A program made the position numbers and the translations under genes. DNA of 58,002 nucleotides from a virus (lineage: Duplodnaviria; Heunggongvirae; Uroviricota; Caudoviricetes), in the IMG/VR virus record IMGVR_UViG_2915331061_000005. One strand, given 5' to 3'. Position 1 is the stretch's first letter. Each line of letters starts with the position of its first letter. The notes beneath the pieces were generated by a model that was not told where the DNA came from, ran no database searches, and worked only from the letters and a program-made list of their open reading frames with translations. Shown one piece after another: positions 53,602 to 58,002 of this stretch.

Positions 53602-53892
53602 TTATCTTCCCAGTTCGACAATAGCACCCAGGCTTTCGATATCCGCCTTTGTTGTCCGGCGCTTTTTCAGCGCGGCAAAGATCATGCTCTTGTTTTCTGC
53701 GTAAAAGTTCGCCCCGACCGCAAAATACCGCAGTTCCGGGTTAAACTGCTGCCGAATGCGCAGGCAGAAGATCATGTGACCATCTACCGGCACATCCAGC
53801 TCATAGACCGCGATCTGACCGGTTTCTTTGCTGATTTCACGGCAAAGAAACACCGCGTTTGTCTCAAACCTTGCCTTTTCTTCATCTGTCAC
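53602..53892 (-). CDS. Hypothetical protein, 96 aa
   Basis: Overlaps the upstream stop (operon packing); NPELRYF motif. Confidence 0.7.
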   Translation of the reverse strand: MTDEEKARFETNAVFLCREISKETGQIAVYELDVPVDGHMIFCLRIRQQFNPELRYFAVGANFYAENKSMIFAALKKRRTTKADIESLGAIVELGR

Positions 53893-54422
53893 GGCTTTTC
53901 ACTCCTTCCTGCCTGTTTTGCAAGGCGTTTCCACTCCCGGATTTCATCCTTGCTGTCCGGCGTGATGATTTCCGTGAACTTATAGCCTTTTGGCTCTGCG
54001 ATCAGGTCAATAAACAACCGGCGGCGGTAAATGTAGTCCCGCTGTGCCCGCCGGGTGAATTTCGACTTGATTTCTACCACTTCCACCGTGCCGTCAGCAT
54101 ACACCAACACATAGTCTGCCGTATATCGCGCCGCTGGCAGTTTGACATTGCCATACTCCTTTGCAGGCAGCAGAGGAAAGGCAACGTGCGGCGTTGCCTT
54201 GATGATCTTGCCGGATTCAATGCCCGGCACCACCACGGATATGTAATACTCGTACTCTCCCCGGCTCTCGAAAGTTCTCCCGATTTTCCCGGCAGATTTT
54301 GCCGCATCCGCCAGCGTCTGCTGCGCAGGGGTACACTTTCCCCTTGTGCACCGTGCAATCTGGGCTTCTGCCTGCGCCCGGTATCGCGGCGGCAGGTCTT
54401 CAAGGCTCAATCTTGTGCTCAT
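53889..54422 (-). CDS. DUF1064-like PD-(D/E)xK nuclease/resolvase
   Basis: FESRGEYEYY, YTADY...VVEIKS motifs. Confidence 0.75.
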   Translation of the reverse strand: MSTRLSLEDLPPRYRAQAEAQIARCTRGKCTPAQQTLADAAKSAGKIGRTFESRGEYEYYISVVVPGIESGKIIKATPHVAFPLLPAKEYGNVKLPAARYTADYVLVYADGTVEVVEIKSKFTRRAQRDYIYRRRLFIDLIAEPKGYKFTEIITPDSKDEIREWKRLAKQAGRSEKP

Positions 54423-54432
54423 GTCTCCCCCT

Positions 54433-55314
54433 TTACCATTTCCGGCTCAGAATGGCATAGCATTGTGCTTCCGTTACTTCCCAGCCGTCTTCCCGGGTTT
54501 GGTCGGACTGGTGCAGTTCCCCCGGATCGTAAACAACGCTCTTTTCCAGTTTCCATCCCGGGAAACGCTGGCTCCACCAATAGGCGTCATTCTGCATATC
54601 GCCGCAGGCGTCCCGAAGTTGTTTTCTACTCCACTTCGTGTCATTTGGTACCTGCTCTTCCGGCAAAATCAGGTTTTTGGTTTCGATGCAGACACGCTCT
54701 GTGTGGTTGTAGATATACCCGACCGTTCCGTACTTGCCTTGCGTTGTCTGGTCTGTTCCCAGAATTTTTTTCATGTCAATGCGATCCGCATTCATGGTTC
54801 CCAGACTTTCATACTCGTTTGTTCCGGGAATACGGCGACGCCAGAGGTCTTCCAGCATTTCGCGCACTTCGCGGCGGTCGATCTGGTCAAGCCCGATGCA
54901 CTCTACAAAGCCGTGCATATGTAACCGGCCATCTTTGCCCTTGCGCACAGCCCAGAGCATCATTTTGATTTTCTCCCGGGCAATCTTGAACCGCTTGCAG
55001 ATTGCAGCAATTACACGGCGCTTATAGTTCTTTGTTTCCCGGACGCATCCCAGAAAGTCGTCCGGCAAGAAAACTTCTTCAAACGTCCCGGAAAGGAAGA
55101 ACCCGTTCTTCGTGAAGTTCGCAACAACCTTTCTTTGCTTTTTCCGCAGGGAAGACATCTTGTTCCGGGCTTTCTGTCTTTCGCCGGACTTTTTCTGCTT
55201 CTTCCCTCTGGTGTTCCGTTCCTGCGGGGTAATGGCGTAGAGACACACAGCCATATAACTATCACCACAGATAATCTTTTTTTCTCTGATATAGTTTCTG
55301 CGCATCCCTATCAC
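54433..55314 (-). CDS. HUH-superfamily replication-associated protein
   Basis: ANF-x4-FF-x2-TF motif 1, GRLHMHGF HUH motif, GY-I-Y candidate tyrosine motif. Confidence 0.7.
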   Translation of the reverse strand: MIGMRRNYIREKKIICGDSYMAVCLYAITPQERNTRGKKQKKSGERQKARNKMSSLRKKQRKVVANFTKNGFFLSGTFEEVFLPDDFLGCVRETKNYKRRVIAAICKRFKIAREKIKMMLWAVRKGKDGRLHMHGFVECIGLDQIDRREVREMLEDLWRRRIPGTNEYESLGTMNADRIDMKKILGTDQTTQGKYGTVGYIYNHTERVCIETKNLILPEEQVPNDTKWSRKQLRDACGDMQNDAYWWSQRFPGWKLEKSVVYDPGELHQSDQTREDGWEVTEAQCYAILSRKW

Positions 55315-55447
55315 CTCCTGCCCCGGTCAACTTCCTGTGTTTATTTTTCTTCTGTGGACCAGCACAGTCACAGAAATAACGGGTATACAAGCTCCCTAAA
55401 GAGGACTTTCGCCCCTTTAGGTTATGCTTTTTGCCATTTTCTGGCAG

Positions 55448-55855
55448 TTAGTCTTTCGGTGCCGCCGGGTAGTACATCCAGTGCGTTACATTGCCGTGTT
55501 CATCGAATCTGTCATCTTGGCCTTCAACAAACCACTGCCCGGTTCCGTCGTGAATTTCATAGTGTGCTTCATGCTGAGTGCCATCTGCGCAATGTGCCCA
55601 GACCTTCATACTGGTTTCGCCGGAGTAGGTTTCATTCCCATCATTCCAAGTTTCATTGTGGGTGGGCGGCGGATCACTCGCCCGCCGCCATTCCTGCACT
55701 TCCACCTTCGGTGCATCGTCCAACTCTTCAAGACAAGCTCTGAACGCCCCCCGAATCATCGCATCCACAACCGCATTTCCCGTGTTAGTTGCCACGATTC
55801 CCAGCAGAATATTATTTCTGGCCGGCAGGGCATCAATTATCATTCTTTCGCTCAT
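55448..55855 (-). CDS. DUF551-like protein, ~135 aa
   Basis: WRRASDPPP...VTHWMYYPAAP; start at MSERM. Confidence 0.7.
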   Translation of the reverse strand: MSERMIIDALPARNNILLGIVATNTGNAVVDAMIRGAFRACLEELDDAPKVEVQEWRRASDPPPTHNETWNDGNETYSGETSMKVWAHCADGTQHEAHYEIHDGTGQWFVEGQDDRFDEHGNVTHWMYYPAAPKD

Positions 55856-56009
55856 TTGCTTTTTCCTTTCTTGCAGCGTGTCCCATATCAGAAAGATTTC
55901 TCTTCTTTGCTGCCACGCTTCGGATTTCTTTTCTGCATTCCTTGCAGTAGTGGGTGTTCGGACCGGCTTCATAGACCTTTCCGCACCTTTCGCAGATTTC
56001 TTTAACCAT
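55833..56009 (-). CDS. Small zinc-finger protein, 58 aa
   Basis: MVKEICERCGK...YCKECRK; ATG overlaps the upstream stop; not in the ORF track. Confidence 0.65.
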   Translation of the reverse strand: MVKEICERCGKVYEAGPNTHYCKECRKEIRSVAAKKRNLSDMGHAARKEKANERKNDN

Positions 56010-56199
56010 TGTTTTCTGCCCTCCAAAATTTAGTCATCGTTTCGGAGTACAGCTTGTAGCACTCTGGGCAAAGGTCAGTGTCTTTGATTGGCCCTTCTTT
56101 CCACGCCCTGAGAGCTTCCGAATAGCCGCTTTTGTACCGATCCAGCATTATTTCTTTTTTGCAACGATCGCAAATTCTTATCTCGACATCTCTTCTCAC
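56002..56199 (-). CDS. Small zinc-finger protein, 65 aa
   Basis: CDRC...DLCPEC. Confidence 0.7.
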   Translation of the reverse strand: MRRDVEIRICDRCKKEIMLDRYKSGYSEALRAWKEGPIKDTDLCPECYKLYSETMTKFWRAENNG

Positions 56200-56717
56200 T
56201 TTTTTGTTCTCCCGCCTTTTGCTTTCTTTTCATCATGCTTCGGCTCATGATCTGCGGTGGTTGTCAGCTTCACAGTGGGTTGCGGCTGATCCGACCGGTT
56301 CAGCGGCTTGTCAAAGCTCACATTCGTCCATTCGCCCTCCGGCTTATCGTGCCATGCCAGCGCATGACGGATACCCAGCCAGACCTGTTCTGCCCGGTAC
56401 GGAATGCGCATACCGTCTTCGATAAGTGGGTGACAGGCAAACATCTGATAAGCTCTATCCATGTCGTCCTGCATCATGTTCCGATTTTCCAGTGCCCGGT
56501 AAAAATCTTCTTTTTCGTCCTCTGCGTTTTTGAATCGCTTTGCATCCATATCGGCATAGTGCTTCGCCATGCAGAGGTCTTCCGCAAGATCATTGAACTG
56601 TCCCATGTGCAGGCGCAGATACATCTCGCAAGCAGCCTGCACAGCTTCCGCCACCGGGCGGCTCATTGTCACCGTGACGGTTTCAACTTCCGCTGGGGTA
56701 TCTTTTTTCTTGTCCAT
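56196..56717 (-). CDS. Hypothetical phage protein, 173 aa
   Basis: ACEMYLRLHMGQF motif; operon packing. Confidence 0.75.
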   Translation of the reverse strand: MDKKKDTPAEVETVTVTMSRPVAEAVQAACEMYLRLHMGQFNDLAEDLCMAKHYADMDAKRFKNAEDEKEDFYRALENRNMMQDDMDRAYQMFACHPLIEDGMRIPYRAEQVWLGIRHALAWHDKPEGEWTNVSFDKPLNRSDQPQPTVKLTTTADHEPKHDEKKAKGGRTKK

Positions 56718-56726
56718 GCTGCCACC

Positions 56727-57110
56727 TCAAATTCTTACGGGCGGTGCTCCGTATCCGTCGCGCACCTCTATGCCGTCTTTTTCTGAAATGTACATCCACG
56801 TCTTGAATGGGAAATTTGTAGCCGGAATACCTGCTTCAAGAGCAGCCTGTTCCAGCATCACGCATGGCCCATAGTCGCACCCAATGGAGACTTCTGTCCA
56901 CGCCTTTGCTTCTTCCTCAATCCTCATTGCCAGTTCTTTTTTGAAAACTTCAACCTGTTTCTTTGAGATTTTCTTTACCATAGAATCCGCAAGGAGACAC
57001 GTCACAATAGACGTGTAGCCGTTATCCCCATTGCTATGCGGCTGGTTGGCAGTCACTTTTTCCGCCCACCAGTTGACGGCCTTTTCGATGGTTTCTTTGG
57101 TCAAGTTCAT
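56727..57110 (-). CDS. Hypothetical phage protein, 127 aa
   Basis: AVNWW, CDYGPC, FPFKT motifs. Confidence 0.75.
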   Translation of the reverse strand: MNLTKETIEKAVNWWAEKVTANQPHSNGDNGYTSIVTCLLADSMVKKISKKQVEVFKKELAMRIEEEAKAWTEVSIGCDYGPCVMLEQAALEAGIPATNFPFKTWMYISEKDGIEVRDGYGAPPVRI

Positions 57111-57128
57111 GATGCTTTCCGCCTTTCT

Positions 57129-57467
57129 TTAGAAAAGTTGTTCCATCTTTTTCGGCCACCGGCGCTGGCTCCGTTCCAGCTTGCAGATCATTGCTGCCAG
57201 CTGGATTGCTTCAACCGCCATGTGGACGGCGCGGTACTGCATTTCCTTCAGGTCTTCTTTCGGGATTTGCAAATCGCCCTTAACTTCGTTCCACAGGCGT
57301 TCTTCAATCCACCTGTCCAGCAGATAGCGTTCCACTTCCGCTTCGCTCATTTCCTCCCGGATCACAGCCCACCCTTCATGTGCGCTATGGAACATCGGAA
57401 AATTCTGGTTTGCTGCTCTCAGTTCCTTTTTGACCAGCAAACGGACATCTTTTTCTACGGCATCCAT
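57129..57467 (-). CDS. MazG-like all-helical nucleotide pyrophosphatase homologue
   Basis: FHSAHEGWAVIREE-x2-E...EAIQLAAM pattern. Confidence 0.55.
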   Translation of the reverse strand: MDAVEKDVRLLVKKELRAANQNFPMFHSAHEGWAVIREEMSEAEVERYLLDRWIEERLWNEVKGDLQIPKEDLKEMQYRAVHMAVEAIQLAAMICKLERSQRRWPKKMEQLF

Positions 57468-57970
57468 TATTTTTCCTCCCGATTTTTAATCTGCTTGGCT
57501 TTCTCCGCTGCTTCCTGGGCAGCCAAGTCCTGCAAGTCATCGTGCATCTTTTCGACGATCCTGCTCTGCCGTCTTGACATCAGCTCTGCAATGATTTCGT
57601 CCAGATCGTCCGCCACGTCATCTTTGATACTCATAGGCGCAATCAGTGCCCGAAGGATCATTCCGTCCTTCACAGCATAGATAAACCGGCAATCCTGATT
57701 GGTAGGGCGCACACAAATCTGCGCAAATTCCTTGTTCAGCTCGCCTTCCACCGGTTTCAGCAGTTCTGACCGAATGAACCCGACGCTACCGTCAGGATTT
57801 CGCAACGCGATAAGTTCTTCTCCGTTGATAACGATTCGCGTCTTGATTTCAGAGGTAGTTCCTTCATGTACCGGCTCGTCATCCCACCTCACGCCGTACA
57901 GTTTTCCGTCGATGGTGTATTCTTCATGGTAGAAGATGTTCTTCATCTTCTTCTGCGGAATGCCCAGCAT
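57467..57970 (-). CDS. Hypothetical phage protein, 167 aa
   Basis: Operon packing; AVKDGMILRALIAPM motif; start uncertain at the window edge. Confidence 0.65.
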   Translation of the reverse strand: MLGIPQKKMKNIFYHEEYTIDGKLYGVRWDDEPVHEGTTSEIKTRIVINGEELIALRNPDGSVGFIRSELLKPVEGELNKEFAQICVRPTNQDCRFIYAVKDGMILRALIAPMSIKDDVADDLDEIIAELMSRRQSRIVEKMHDDLQDLAAQEAAEKAKQIKNREEK

Positions 57971-58002
57971 AGCTCCCAGCTCTCCCGCGTCCTGTGTTCT
58001 GG

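Larger units (their letters stand above)
16565..58002 (-). mobile_element. Prophage, contractile tail (lambda-like head, P2/Mu-like tail), extends beyond the window
   Basis: Complete lysis-tail-head-packaging gene order plus late activator and early genes; integrase and repressor not in the window. Confidence 0.95.

Overview
The window looks like a gut Bacillota chromosome (Faecalibacterium/Oscillospiraceae-like; inferred from gene content and style, not from a search). It holds three elements stacked in tandem. (1) 1-~330: the end of a tyrosine-integrase element. The visible integrase C-terminus has Asp where the catalytic Tyr is expected. (2) ~374-16564: a decayed serine-recombinase integrative mobilizable element (IME) carrying defence cargo: a nucleotidyltransferase toxin-antitoxin (TA)-like pair, Kiwa, and type I R-M with an FRG gene between hsdS and hsdR. 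It also carries mobC, a truncated relaxase, a lipoprotein and an NRAMP fragment, and is bounded by two matching att-like motifs. (3) ~16565 to beyond the right edge: a contractile-tailed prophage (lambda-like head, P2/Mu-like tail). Its tail module contains a clear diversity-generating retroelement (DGR; 150-bp template and variable repeats, 12 of 12 mismatches at adenines, no recognisable avd). Beside it lies a radical SAM/SPASM maturase cassette with a ~47-Cys CxxxC-repeat protein. Between the packaging genes and the late activator is an oppositely oriented operon with a ribbon-helix-helix (RHH) regulator, 4 operator repeats and a structured repeat in front of five of its genes. Best candidates for new biology: the tail-embedded rSAM/CxxxC cassette, the repeat-punctuated RHH operon, the FRG protein with an HsdR-like C-terminus in the PrrC position, and an att-dependent swap of the recombinase C-terminus. 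All family assignments come from motif recognition by eye; no database search was run.
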